The notes beneath the pieces were generated by a model that worked only from the letters and a program-made list of their open reading frames with translations, was not told the DNA's origin and did no database searches. From a candidate division WOR-3 bacterium (GTDB lineage Bacteria > Hydrothermota > Tepidihabitantia > Tepidihabitantales > Tepidihabitantaceae), in contig CBFGIT010000016.1 of NCBI GenBank assembly GCA_965648905.1, forward strand, positions 2,281 to 66,280: DNA of 64,000 nucleotides, given 5' to 3'. Each line of letters opens with the position of its first letter. Within the stretch, counting starts at the first letter, position 1. Position numbers and translations under genes: made by a program. Positions 19,403-29,163 of this stretch are shown one piece after another.

Positions 19403-21940
19403 ATGCGCAAAGCCCTGACGGCTGGCCTGCTGGTTCTGGTCGTTGGCGCGGTGACGGCCGCGTCCCTGACCCAGGCAGCCCTTGACAGCGTGTATCAGCT
19501 CTACGTCGCCAAGGACTATCCCGCGGCGCACGAAATGCTCAATCGCCTGGTCGCGTCGGCGAGTCGTGCTGAGGACCGGTTCGCCTTCCGGCTCGAACTC
19601 GGCGACTTTCTGCTCGACAAACTCCAGCACTACGCCGATGCCGAGGCCGTCTACGAAGCACTGCTCGCTGATTTCCCCAAGCACCGCGAAGTTCCGGCCG
19701 TGCTCTATCGACTGGCGCTGGCACAGGAACTCCAAGAGAGATTCCTCGACGCGGCCAAGAGCTACGAGAAGGTCGCGACGCGATACAACAAGTCCGCCTG
19801 GGGAAACGATGCGCTCGACGCGATTGAGCGCTGCTTCCGCAAGAACTACCAGGACCGGGTTGCCTACGTTGATGGCTTCCCGATTACCCGGATCGAAGTC
19901 GACGACCGCATCAGCCGTAACCCAACCGCCTACGAGGCCTTCGAGAAGAAACAACAACTGCTCGATACGATGATTGACAACCGGCTGCTCTACACCGCGG
20001 CCCTGGCCGCCGGCATTTCCGAGGACACCTCGTTCCGATTCAACATGGCCGAGCAGCGCAGCCGAGCAATGTTCCAGGAGTGGTATGACCGTGAGGTCAC
20101 GACCCGTGCCGAACCGGATGAGAAAACCCTGCGCGCCCAGTATCGGAAGGACCTTGCCAGCAAGTACACCACTCCTGAGAAGGTTCACGCCTATCAGATT
20201 CTTGTCGCCAATCGGGCCGAGGCCGAATCTCTGCGCCGATTGCTCGTATCCGATTCCAGCCTAGTCTGGGATTCACTCGCCAAGACCGCCTCACTTGCCC
20301 CGGACAAAGAACGCGGCGGTGACATGGGCCTGTTCGCCCGCGGCGTCCAGGCCCGGGAGATCGAAGCAGCCGCCTTCTCGCTCAAAGTCGGTGCCATCAG
20401 CCAGCCAATACGAACCAAAGATGGCTGGGTCATCCTGAAAGTGACCGAGAGGAAACCCAAGACCGTTCGCAAGTTCGATGAAGTCAGAACCCAGCTCGCC
20501 AGCGAAGGCCGTCAGCAGAACACCTCCCGGCTCTATGAAGAGAAGATTGCCGAACTGAAGCGCCGTGCCGTCATCATTCAGGACACGACCGCCCTCGAGA
20601 CCGGCAAAGAGACCCTGGCGGTGGTCAACGGCCTCGTCATCTCGGCAGCAACACTGCAGCAGCGTATCGACGCCATCCCGCCTTTCTTCCGCAGCCAGTT
20701 CGAGTCACCTGAAGGCCGGCGACGCATACTGGACCAGCTCATTCTCGAAAAGCTGTTGATGAAGGAAGCCGAGAAAGGCAAGTACTGGCTTCTGAACAAG
20801 GTCGTTGACCAGTTGCTCACCCGTCGCAACCAGTTGCTGATTGAAACCTATCGACGTCAGATGACGACCGAAAAGGTCCAGCTTGACTCGACCACGCTCA
20901 TGGCCGATTACCAGGCATCACTCAAGGACTTCAAGGAGCCGACCAAGGTCCACCTGCGCGAGATCGTAGCCAGGAGCCGTGAACGCGCCGAGCAACTGAG
21001 GCGCTGGGCCAAGGAAGGACGCTTGCCCGCGATGCTCGCCGGCCGGGCCCTGCTCATCAGCGATGAAACCGCGGTGCCCGGGTTCGCCGAAGCAATGAAG
21101 TCTACGGCCAACATCGATTCGCTTGTAGCGCAGTTCCCGCTGGCCTTTCCGCCGACCGTGCTTCAGGGCACCCCGACAATCAATGTCATGGGTAAGAACA
21201 TACCTGACCTGGCCGTCTACTGTAGGCTCGCCGGTCCTTTCACGAGCAGCGGCACCTACGGCTTCGGTTTTGCCGACATATCGAAGGAAGACCGGTTGCA
21301 CCGGCCCGAACTCATCACGATCAACGACCTCGACGGGCTCAACGAGTTGCTGGGTCAGACCGCTGCGGCCGGTTCTGACTCAGCGCGTCTCGGGACCTAC
21401 GTCCGGCTGTCAAATCCGCTGCCCCAGAGCTACGTCACCGGGCTGTTCCGACTCGCAACCAACGATGTCGCCGACCCGTACAAGACCACGGACGGCTGGC
21501 TGCTTGTCAAAGTAACGAAGAAGGACTCGGCTCAGAAGGTCAGTTTTGCCGACATCGCCAAGCGTTTCTCGACTGCCGGCTCGCGCTGGTCGGGCGGCGA
21601 CCTGTACTGGGTCGCCCGCGACGACAAGGCGCACGACGCCAAAGTCGTGAATGCCGGGTTCTCCCTCCCGAAGAACGGACTCTCTCAGGTTCTCAAGCTC
21701 AATGATTCAACTTACGCGTTCGTCCTGATGGAAGAACGCAAGGAAGCCTACACTCGGCCATTCAGTGAGGTCAAGGGGAAAATCGAGAACAAACTCCGCC
21801 GGGCCGAAGAGAAGCGGCTAAACGACCAGCTCACCGCCGACCTGAGGGCTCGAGCCAAAATCGAAGTCCTGATGAAGGAATCGGACTTCGTGGTCGAGCC
21901 ACTGCCCGAAGAGACCGCTCCGAACGAGCCAAAGAAGTGA
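19403..21940 (+). CDS. Periplasmic TPR + SurA/PrsA-like parvulin peptidyl-prolyl isomerase
   Basis: Signal peptide, TPR helices, 'HAYQILV...GGDMGLF...SQPIRTKDGWVIL', second 'HLREIV...GGDLYW'; AAGGAGG SD. Confidence 0.87.
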   Translation: MRKALTAGLLVLVVGAVTAASLTQAALDSVYQLYVAKDYPAAHEMLNRLVASASRAEDRFAFRLELGDFLLDKLQHYADAEAVYEALLADFPKHREVPAVLYRLALAQELQERFLDAAKSYEKVATRYNKSAWGNDALDAIERCFRKNYQDRVAYVDGFPITRIEVDDRISRNPTAYEAFEKKQQLLDTMIDNRLLYTAALAAGISEDTSFRFNMAEQRSRAMFQEWYDREVTTRAEPDEKTLRAQYRKDLASKYTTPEKVHAYQILVANRAEAESLRRLLVSDSSLVWDSLAKTASLAPDKERGGDMGLFARGVQAREIEAAAFSLKVGAISQPIRTKDGWVILKVTERKPKTVRKFDEVRTQLASEGRQQNTSRLYEEKIAELKRRAVIIQDTTALETGKETLAVVNGLVISAATLQQRIDAIPPFFRSQFESPEGRRRILDQLILEKLLMKEAEKGKYWLLNKVVDQLLTRRNQLLIETYRRQMTTEKVQLDSTTLMADYQASLKDFKEPTKVHLREIVARSRERAEQLRRWAKEGRLPAMLAGRALLISDETAVPGFAEAMKSTANIDSLVAQFPLAFPPTVLQGTPTINVMGKNIPDLAVYCRLAGPFTSSGTYGFGFADISKEDRLHRPELITINDLDGLNELLGQTAAAGSDSARLGTYVRLSNPLPQSYVTGLFRLATNDVADPYKTTDGWLLVKVTKKDSAQKVSFADIAKRFSTAGSRWSGGDLYWVARDDKAHDAKVVNAGFSLPKNGLSQVLKLNDSTYAFVLMEERKEAYTRPFSEVKGKIENKLRRAEEKRLNDQLTADLRARAKIEVLMKESDFVVEPLPEETAPNEPKK

Positions 21941-21956
21941 ACCTCTCGGACTGAAC

Positions 21957-21990
21957 GCGGGGCGGCTCAAAGGCCGCCCCGCTCTTGTTT
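21957..21990 (+). terminator. Rho-independent terminator between convergent genes
   Basis: gcggggcggc-tcaaag-gccgccccgc 10-bp stem followed by tcttgttt. Confidence 0.8.
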
Positions 21991-22025
21991 GCCGTGACGG
22001 ACAGCACGTCTGCCCGAGACCGCGG

Positions 22026-23804
22026 TCACATGCGGTCGGGAGTTTCAATCCCCAGAAGCCCAAGACCAGTCTTGAGGACCGCACCCGTCATCTCAACCAG
22101 CCTCAGCCGAGCAGCAGTGAGACTGACGGTCTCCGCCCTGAGTACGGGCACCCGGTCATAGAACGCCGAGAAATCACGGGCAAGGCGGTAGAGCCGGTTG
22201 GCAATACGGTGTGGCTCATAGGTCTCGGCCGCGGCGGCAATAGCATCGGGAAACCGGGCAATCTGCCGCAGTAACGCCTGCTCTTCCGGCGTAATCAGTT
22301 GTGAACCGTCGCCAGCGAGGGCCGGGCCGGCTGATGATCTCCTGATGATTGAACGGGTACGGGCATAGGCATATTGAAGATACGGGGCCGAGTCGCCGTC
22401 CAGCGCAAGCATCTTGTCCCAGTCAAAAACAACCTCTTTGATTCTGGTTTGAGAAAGGTCAGCATACTTGATTGCCCCGATGCCCACCGCCCGGGCAATC
22501 TCAGTCTTCTCTTCAGTCGAAAGGTCGCGGTCGGTCAGAACCGCCTCGGCCCGGCGAATCGACTCAGCAATCACGTCCTCGAGAAAAACCACTCGTCCTT
22601 CACGGGTGGACATCCGCCCTTCCGGCAGGCGAATCAGACCGAAGTTGACGTGGATGCAGGGCACCTCATGACCCAGAAGCTTCAAGGCGGCGGCGAACTG
22701 ACGGAAGTAGAGCTCCTGCTCGTTGCCGACGACGTAGAGCATCCTCTCCGGCTGCCAGGTCTGAATGCGGTACTCGGCAGCGGCAAGCTCTCTGGTGGCA
22801 TACAGGCTGGTGCCATCGGACTTCTGAAGGAAAAGCGGCGTGGTGATGCCCTCAGACTCAAGCGGGATGACGACCACCGTCTCGTCTGAAGCAACCTCCT
22901 CGCCCGCGCCCGTCGCAGCCTGCATCGGTCTCTCGCGCCGGGCCACCCCTTTATCAAGGGCACGTTGCACGACTCCGTTCAGCCGGTCGACATAGAAACT
23001 CTCTCCCAGTGCCACATCAAACCTTACCCCGAGCAGTTCATAGATGCGGTTGAATTCAGCGGTGCTGAGCCTGACGAACCGTTGCCAGATGGCCGCGGCT
23101 TCTTCGTCGCCCGTCTCCAGTCGGCGGAACCACTCGCGCGCCCTTGCCTCAAGGTCCGGTTCGATTCGAACCTGGTCGTGGAACCGCACATAGAGCCCCA
23201 ACAGATGCTGCGTCGGGTTCTGATTCAACTCCGTCTCGTCGCCCCAGAGCTTGAAAGCACACAGGAGCTTGCCGAACTGAGTACCCCAGTCACCCAGGTG
23301 GTTATCGCCGATGACACGATAGCCGAGGAACTCAAGGATGTTCTTGAGTGCCTGACCGATGATCGTCGACCGCAGGTGACCGACCGAGAACGGCTTGGCA
23401 ATGTTAGGTGAGGAATAGTCAATCACGATCGTCCGACCGGCACCGCTCGCTGAGCTGCCGTACCGGGTCGGGCTGCGATCGAAGTCGGCCATGACCCCGC
23501 GAGCAAGCTGCTCCGGGTCGAACCTGAAATTGAGGTATCCCCTTGACGCCGATACGGCTCGAAAGGGAGTGCCGGTCAGAACCAGCGACGAGGCCAGGCG
23601 CTCGGCCAGCTCCGATGGGCTAATCTGCATCTGCCGGGCGACACGAAACAGCGGCACGGCAAGGTCGGCGTCAAGGTCGGCCTCGACATCACGAACCTCG
23701 GTCGCGGCCAGCACGACGTGCTGGTCGGCCAGCAGTTCGGCGACTGCTGTCCGGCAACGTGCAAGAAAGTAGTCCGGGGTCACCACGATCCGGCCCGCGA
23801 CCAA
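22026..23804 (-). CDS. argS: Arginine--tRNA ligase
   Basis: 'DYSSPNIAKPFSVGHLRST', 'NHLGDWGTQFG', 'MSTREG', 'GDSAPYLQY'. Confidence 0.97.
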   Translation of the reverse strand: MVAGRIVVTPDYFLARCRTAVAELLADQHVVLAATEVRDVEADLDADLAVPLFRVARQMQISPSELAERLASSLVLTGTPFRAVSASRGYLNFRFDPEQLARGVMADFDRSPTRYGSSASGAGRTIVIDYSSPNIAKPFSVGHLRSTIIGQALKNILEFLGYRVIGDNHLGDWGTQFGKLLCAFKLWGDETELNQNPTQHLLGLYVRFHDQVRIEPDLEARAREWFRRLETGDEEAAAIWQRFVRLSTAEFNRIYELLGVRFDVALGESFYVDRLNGVVQRALDKGVARRERPMQAATGAGEEVASDETVVVIPLESEGITTPLFLQKSDGTSLYATRELAAAEYRIQTWQPERMLYVVGNEQELYFRQFAAALKLLGHEVPCIHVNFGLIRLPEGRMSTREGRVVFLEDVIAESIRRAEAVLTDRDLSTEEKTEIARAVGIGAIKYADLSQTRIKEVVFDWDKMLALDGDSAPYLQYAYARTRSIIRRSSAGPALAGDGSQLITPEEQALLRQIARFPDAIAAAAETYEPHRIANRLYRLARDFSAFYDRVPVLRAETVSLTAARLRLVEMTGAVLKTGLGLLGIETPDRM

Positions 23805-23870
23805 CGGTCGGTGTGAAACGAACGGCTCTTCATTCTCAGTGTTGGATCGCCCGAGGAGACTCCGACCGTC

Positions 23871-24326
23871 TCACTCGTATCGCTGGATCACTTCAATAAC
23901 ATCGTCCGGGCTGGCGGCCCGGCCCAGCTCGACCAGCACTTCGTCGCGCCGCAGGAGCCGGGACAGCCGCGCGAGCGTCACGATGTACTCGGCCTTCTGA
24001 GTCTCCGGTGCAGCGATGAGGAAGATGATGTGAGACGGTCGCCCATCGAGACTGGAGAAGTCAACGCCCTCTTCGGAACGAGCAAATGCCAGTATCGTCC
24101 TGACGACCGATGCGGTCCGAGCGTGGGGAATCGCCACGCCCTGGCCGATGCCGGTGCTCTCCATGTTCTCCCGTCTGAGAATGGCGGAAACCAGCTCCTC
24201 CTCGTTCACCACGGCGCCGGCCTCAACCAGCGGCCTGACCAACTCGCGAATTACTTCGAACTTCTCCCGCGACGTGAGGCGCAGCAGAATGGCCGTTCGC
24301 GGAAGGAGCTCGGATATCTTGACCAT
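23871..24326 (-). CDS. PTS IIA (fructose/nitrogen-type) domain protein
   Basis: 'RRENMESTGIGQGVAIPHAR', 'GVDFSSLDG'; GGAGG SD before ATG at 24326. Confidence 0.9.
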   Translation of the reverse strand: MVKISELLPRTAILLRLTSREKFEVIRELVRPLVEAGAVVNEEELVSAILRRENMESTGIGQGVAIPHARTASVVRTILAFARSEEGVDFSSLDGRPSHIIFLIAAPETQKAEYIVTLARLSRLLRRDEVLVELGRAASPDDVIEVIQRYE

Positions 24327-24340
24327 CGATCCTCCATGAT

Positions 24341-24736
24341 TCAGCGCACAAAGACCACTGGACACGTGATCCTGCGCACAAGTTCGGCCGCACTCAATCG
24401 CGTGTCGGCGCTGAGCACGGCCAGTTCAACGTCATAGTTCACCACCAGGCTGAGCACGCGCGGTAGTGGGTCGCCTTGTTCGAGCAGGAGTGAAATCCGG
24501 GCGTTCTGACGGAAGGCGTCGTCCTCGATCTCATAGAGCGTCTCCCAGGCCTTCTCCTCAGCGTCCTTCTGACTCCGCTCGGCACCTGGGACCAGCACCC
24601 AGGCCGCGAAGACCCGGCAGTTGAAGCACTGAGCCGCACGCAGCGCCCAACTGACTGCCCGTGCCGCGCTCGGTCCCGGCTCAACATAGAGCAGTAGACG
24701 TTCAACCAAGGGATGCTCCGCCACAGCGGCTATCAA
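24341..24736 (-). CDS. Universal stress protein family
   Basis: 'LLLYV...AARAVSWAL', 'GDP', C-terminal 'LVRRITCPVVFVR'. Confidence 0.75.
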   Translation of the reverse strand: MIAAVAEHPLVERLLLYVEPGPSAARAVSWALRAAQCFNCRVFAAWVLVPGAERSQKDAEEKAWETLYEIEDDAFRQNARISLLLEQGDPLPRVLSLVVNYDVELAVLSADTRLSAAELVRRITCPVVFVR

Positions 24737-24746
24737 ACGGTCACAA

Positions 24747-26093
24747 CTACTTACCTACGCAGAAATCTGCAAATACACGGGCGAGGATCTCGGAAGAGGA
24801 AACCGGCACATCGACCTGACTCAGCATATCAACCGCCGCTCGAATTTCAAGTGCGGCGACGTCGATGTCGCCCGCGGCTGCACTGCGTCGCAGAGCATCG
24901 CGGCAGGCGCCAAACACAGCCAAACGCTGTTCACCAAGGACGAGCGCACACCCCGGCAGCGGGCCGAGCCGGCGTCCAATTCGGCTGCGCAGACGTGCGA
25001 GCCCCAGGCCAGTACGACAGGAAACGACTGCCGGCAGATCACACGAGCCAGGCAGCAGATGGTATTCAAGGCGCGAGCCAAGGTCGGACTTGTTCAGCAC
25101 TGGGACAATCGGCCGGCCCGCGACCCTGGACAGCACCAGCCGGTCGGCATTGGTCGCCGGGGCCGAACGGTCAAAGACAACTATGACCAGATCAGCCTCA
25201 GCGATTGCGGCCTTGGTACGTTCCGCCACCCGAGCGGCCAGTCCCGAGCTAGCACGGGCCGGCAGACCCGCGGTATCGAGCAGCCGTACCGGCACTCCGC
25301 GAATCTGGATTTCAGCAGAAACGATATCGCGCGTCGTCCCGGGTCGAGCATCAACGATCGCCATGTCGTACCCGACGAGCCGGTTGAACAGACTGGACTT
25401 GCCCACATTGGGTCGGCCGGTGATAACGACGTTGGCGCCGCGAAACAGGAGGCGGTTCCTCTCGGCACGCCGAACCAGTTGGTCGAACTCATCGGCCAGG
25501 CCACGGACTCCGACTGCCAACTCAGACCAGGATGAGTTTCCAGCATCGTCAACTCCAAGGTGGACTTCCAATCTTGCCAGTTCCTCAAGCAGCTTACGCC
25601 GCAGACGACCGATCGCATCCGACCTGGCTGCCCTGTACCGTTCAAGCGCACGCTCGCGCGCCGCCTCGGTACGAGCATGAATCAGGTCGTTGACCGCTTC
25701 GGCCTGGAACACGGACATGCGACCGTTGAGGCAGGCACGCCACGAGAACTCCCCGGGCCGGGCAATGCGAGCACCGGCACGCACCAGCAGCCTGAGTATC
25801 AAGTCAGACGTTACCGTTCCGCCATGACAGGTCATCTCCGCCAGGTCCTCCCCGGTGTAGGAACGCGGGCCGCGGAAGTAAGTAACCACAACGTGGTCAA
25901 CCCGTCGGCCGCGCTCGTCAAACAGCCAGACGGGCCTGGCCGTGTGCGACCGCGGCCTTCTGCTCTGGTAGTATCTGGTTATCCGGCCCAGGAGCCGCAC
26001 CGTGTCCGGACCGGAAACTCGAACCAACGCCAGACTCCCCAGCCCCGAGGGTGTTGCCAAGGCACAGATGGTGTCAGGTCGATTTTCCGCCAT
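24747..26093 (-). CDS. mnmE: tRNA modification GTPase MnmE (TrmE)
   Basis: 'DTICALATP', 'PRSYTGED..E..CHGG', 'GRPNVGKSS', 'PGTTRD', 'DTAG', 'NKSD', terminal 'FCVGK'; conserved position after yidC-jag. Confidence 0.93.
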   Translation of the reverse strand: MAENRPDTICALATPSGLGSLALVRVSGPDTVRLLGRITRYYQSRRPRSHTARPVWLFDERGRRVDHVVVTYFRGPRSYTGEDLAEMTCHGGTVTSDLILRLLVRAGARIARPGEFSWRACLNGRMSVFQAEAVNDLIHARTEAARERALERYRAARSDAIGRLRRKLLEELARLEVHLGVDDAGNSSWSELAVGVRGLADEFDQLVRRAERNRLLFRGANVVITGRPNVGKSSLFNRLVGYDMAIVDARPGTTRDIVSAEIQIRGVPVRLLDTAGLPARASSGLAARVAERTKAAIAEADLVIVVFDRSAPATNADRLVLSRVAGRPIVPVLNKSDLGSRLEYHLLPGSCDLPAVVSCRTGLGLARLRSRIGRRLGPLPGCALVLGEQRLAVFGACRDALRRSAAAGDIDVAALEIRAAVDMLSQVDVPVSSSEILARVFADFCVGK

Positions 26094-26140
26094 GGATATT
26101 GGAGTTCGGACGCGATTCGGCCCTGCTTCTCGGTTCGGTC

Positions 26141-26638
26141 TTATCGTTCGGCCGGTGCGATAACGACGTTCCGGCGCAGTTCGTCGCCAACGTCCACTGC
26201 CCGGGCACAAAGAGCAGGAAACTGCTTGAGCGCGTCACGGACGATCCTCATTTCATACTGGTAGACCATACCCAGCGCCATTTCTCGTCCACTCTCAAGT
26301 ACGAGCCGGGCAACCGCAGCAGTCTTGCCTTGAAGCTGGCTGGCACGGTGCTCGCGCTGCCCCGCAATCGCAAGGTAGACCGGTGGTGCTCCGGGAAACG
26401 CCCGCCGGACAACCAGATGCGTCAGGTGCTGAACCGCCCCGAGAATCACTCCGTATTGGCTGGCCGGCAGGCCGCGTACTCGCCGCCCGTCCGGTGACCT
26501 GCGGTCGCGTGGTTGAAGGTCAATGAACAAGCCGGCTGGTTCGCGGGTCACGCGCACGTCCGCGTCCAAGCCGACACCGTGCAGGAGTCGCTCGACGACT
26601 TCGTACGCCAGTGCCTTCTCGTCCGGGCCGGGCGTCAC
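26141..26638 (-). CDS. Jag/KhpB-like protein, short and degenerate (KH-like + R3H-like)
   Basis: Lies between yidC and mnmE; 'LGAVQHL', 'VLESGREMAL', 'RRNVVI' match the Jag C-terminal layout. Confidence 0.7.
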   Translation of the reverse strand: MTPGPDEKALAYEVVERLLHGVGLDADVRVTREPAGLFIDLQPRDRRSPDGRRVRGLPASQYGVILGAVQHLTHLVVRRAFPGAPPVYLAIAGQREHRASQLQGKTAAVARLVLESGREMALGMVYQYEMRIVRDALKQFPALCARAVDVGDELRRNVVIAPAER

Positions 26639-28242
26639 CGGGTTGTCGTTGCTTCGAGCGTACGGGTCCTGCTTCGGCGCCAGAGCGAGCCTCCCTTCAA
26701 TGCAATCATGCTCTCCGCAATCGAAAGAACGTTATAGATGAACCAGTAGAGTTGTAAGCCGGAGGGCATGTTCAGGAATATCAGCGTGATGAATACCGGA
26801 AAGATGACCGTCAGAGCCCAGTTGCGCTTATCCGCCGAGGTCAGCAGGTTCTGAGCGATGAACGAGACACCCATCAGCACCGGCAGCAGACCGACTGCGG
26901 AACCGCCAACCATCGGCAGCCCCACGGGCAGGTGGCCGAACAGCATGTCCGGCTCGGACAGGTCCTTGAGCCATAGCCCGAGCCCGGCCCCGCGCAGCTC
27001 GATCGAGTTCCGGAGCACGGCGTAGAGCGCCCAGAACACTGGCAACTGGACGAGCAGGGGCAGGCAGCCGGACATCGGGTTTATCTTGTAGAGCCGATAG
27101 AGCTGCATCGTCTCCTGGTTTAGTCTCTGAGGGTCGTTCTTGTACTTAACTTTTAACTCGTTCAGCTTGGGCGAGAGCAATTGCATCTGGCGCATCTGCC
27201 TGGTTTGAGTCCGTGTCAGCGGATAGAAGGCCGCCTTCATCAGAACTGAGAAGACAATGATTGCCGCTCCCCAGTTCCGCAGCAACGAATGCAGAAGACG
27301 CAGGAACCAGAGCATTGCCAGAGCAACCGGTTTGGTCCAGCCCAGTCCGACCATGCCTTCAAAGCCGAGGTGGTATGACCGGAGCCGGTCATACTCAATC
27401 GGGCCCAAATAGACCATGAAACTGCCGGCCTTGTCGTGCCGCACAACGCTGAACCCGACTCTCCCTGAGGAATCGGCCCGGGCATAGGTCGAATCGAACG
27501 TACCTTCCCGGCTGACCACTGCAAGGACGAAGTACTTCGACTTCAATGCCACCCAGTCTGCCGGGCCGGCCTCGGCCCGCGGCCTCTTCAGCCTGCCGGC
27601 GTGGACTTGCACCAGCTTCCTGCCGCTGTGCGAGCAAAAGTGGTAGTGGGCCGTTGCCTCGCGCATGTTCTTCTCGGTGAACGCAATGCCGGCGCTCGCA
27701 TCGAGCGTCAGGCCGACGACCGGCCCTTCGGTCTCAACCCGGTAACTGAGGACGTAGTCCGGGCCGAGTGAGTAAGTCTTGGTCAGGGTGACGCTGTCAA
27801 GACGCAGCGCGAAACTGACTGACGAATCGCCGACCGTCGTCCGCATCGGGGCCGAACCCAGCGGACACACCCCGGCCGCAAGTGCCAGCTCGCTGCCCAG
27901 CAACGCCGCAGCCGGCGGCACGAGCTCGGCCCGGTAGTGCTTGAGCCAGCACGACCGGACCGTTCCGCCGATGCTCGACAGTTCCAGACGCATCACCTCG
28001 TTCTCAAGCACGACCGTGGTTTCGGGCGGCGACGACGCTTCAGGCCAGAGCGGCTTGAGCACCGGAACCGGCTCCTCGGAGACGACCGCCGACTCCTCAG
28101 GCATAGCCCGGACCGACTCGGCCACAGGCGCGGCTCTCCGGACCGGAGTCCGTGGCTGGGGCTTGAACCACGCCTGCCAGACCAGGAGAATCGCGACGAC
28201 CAGCGCAAACCCGATGACCATCCGCACGGTATCTGACTTCAC
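26635..28242 (-). CDS. yidC: Membrane protein insertase YidC
   Basis: 'NWGAAII', 'INPMSGCLPLLVQLPVFWALY', 'WLKDLSEPD', 'PSGLQLYW'; GTG start overlaps the yidD stop. Confidence 0.96.
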   Translation of the reverse strand: MKSDTVRMVIGFALVVAILLVWQAWFKPQPRTPVRRAAPVAESVRAMPEESAVVSEEPVPVLKPLWPEASSPPETTVVLENEVMRLELSSIGGTVRSCWLKHYRAELVPPAAALLGSELALAAGVCPLGSAPMRTTVGDSSVSFALRLDSVTLTKTYSLGPDYVLSYRVETEGPVVGLTLDASAGIAFTEKNMREATAHYHFCSHSGRKLVQVHAGRLKRPRAEAGPADWVALKSKYFVLAVVSREGTFDSTYARADSSGRVGFSVVRHDKAGSFMVYLGPIEYDRLRSYHLGFEGMVGLGWTKPVALAMLWFLRLLHSLLRNWGAAIIVFSVLMKAAFYPLTRTQTRQMRQMQLLSPKLNELKVKYKNDPQRLNQETMQLYRLYKINPMSGCLPLLVQLPVFWALYAVLRNSIELRGAGLGLWLKDLSEPDMLFGHLPVGLPMVGGSAVGLLPVLMGVSFIAQNLLTSADKRNWALTVIFPVFITLIFLNMPSGLQLYWFIYNVLSIAESMIALKGGSLWRRSRTRTLEATTTR

Positions 28243-28481
28243 TTGGGCATTCTCCTCTCTGCGGTCCGGGCATTGGGAACCGGGTCGTGGCCGCCGACAC
28301 AGAACGGATGACAGCGCAACAGCCGCCGCAGTGCCAGCCACGAACCGCGCAGCGCACCGTGGACAGCAACTGCCTCCAGCGCATAGTGTGAACAGGTCGG
28401 CGAGAACCTGCACGCGTTGGGGAGCACTGAACCCAGCGTGTACTGGTACAGCCGAATCATGAACCTAAGCAGGACTGCCAT
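28239..28481 (-). CDS. yidD: Membrane protein insertion efficiency factor YidD
   Basis: 'CRFSPTCSHYA', 'HGALRG', 'RCHPF..GGHDPVP'. Confidence 0.95.
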   Translation of the reverse strand: MAVLLRFMIRLYQYTLGSVLPNACRFSPTCSHYALEAVAVHGALRGSWLALRRLLRCHPFCVGGHDPVPNARTAERRMPK

Positions 28482-28890
28482 CGGGATGGAACCTCCGGGC
28501 CAGTTCCCTTATGCAGTCCGACAACTGGGCGAACCCGAGTCCGGACGCAGCCGGAGCCGCCAGCAACGCGTAATCATGCCCGCGTGGGAACCAGGACTTG
28601 TGGCGCCGGTATATCTCCCGCAGTCGACGCTTCAGTCGGTTGCGGACAACCGCCTTCCCTGCCCGACGCGACACAAGGAACGCAACCCGGCGCTCCGGCA
28701 CGCCGTGCCGCCCCCGTTGCGGCACACCGCGCAGGCTGAGCGCGCTAACGCTGACCCGCCTTCCCGACCGAAGCAGAAACTCAACGTCGGCCCGACGTCG
28801 CAGCATCTCGGAACGGGACAGACTCTCGTCTGCCGCCGGCACGGGCCGACAACCGCTGCCGGCCTCAGCCGGCTCCTGCTGAACGTACAT
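28465..28890 (-). CDS. rnpA: Ribonuclease P protein component
   Basis: 'GKAVVRNRLKRRLRE' RNR motif; between rpmH and yidD; start uncertain. Confidence 0.9.
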   Translation of the reverse strand: MYVQQEPAEAGSGCRPVPAADESLSRSEMLRRRADVEFLLRSGRRVSVSALSLRGVPQRGRHGVPERRVAFLVSRRAGKAVVRNRLKRRLREIYRRHKSWFPRGHDYALLAAPAASGLGFAQLSDCIRELARRFHPDGSPA

Positions 28891-28898
28891 CAGTTGTG

Positions 28899-29036
28899 CT
28901 AGACCGTCAGACGCTTACGGCCCTTTGCTCGCCGTCGACGCAGGACATTGCGACCGTCCGATGTCTTCATGCGGGCCCGGAATCCGTGGGTTCGCTTGCG
29001 CTTGATGTTGGAGGGTTGATAGGTTCGTTTTGGCAT
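28899..29036 (-). CDS. rpmH: 50S ribosomal protein L34 (absent from the ORF track)
   Basis: Translates to [45 protein letters not shown]. Confidence 0.98.
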   Translation of the reverse strand: MPKRTYQPSNIKRKRTHGFRARMKTSDGRNVLRRRRAKGRKRLTV

Positions 29037-29054
29037 GATTCTTCCTGTAACGGG

Positions 29055-29082
29055 ATTATAGAGGAGCAGCGCGACATGTCAA
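29055..29082 (-). promoter_or_regulatory. Consensus sigma70 promoter of the rpmH operon (TTGACA-16-TATAAT)
   Basis: Both hexamers match consensus; short leader with AGGAAG before the rpmH ATG. Confidence 0.85.
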
Positions 29083-29163
29083 GCTGACTGCTTGCCACGC
29101 GACTGCCGTTGACGGCCATGCTGCCTGTCACGTTCCCAACCGAAGCGGGAAAGAGCAACCGGA

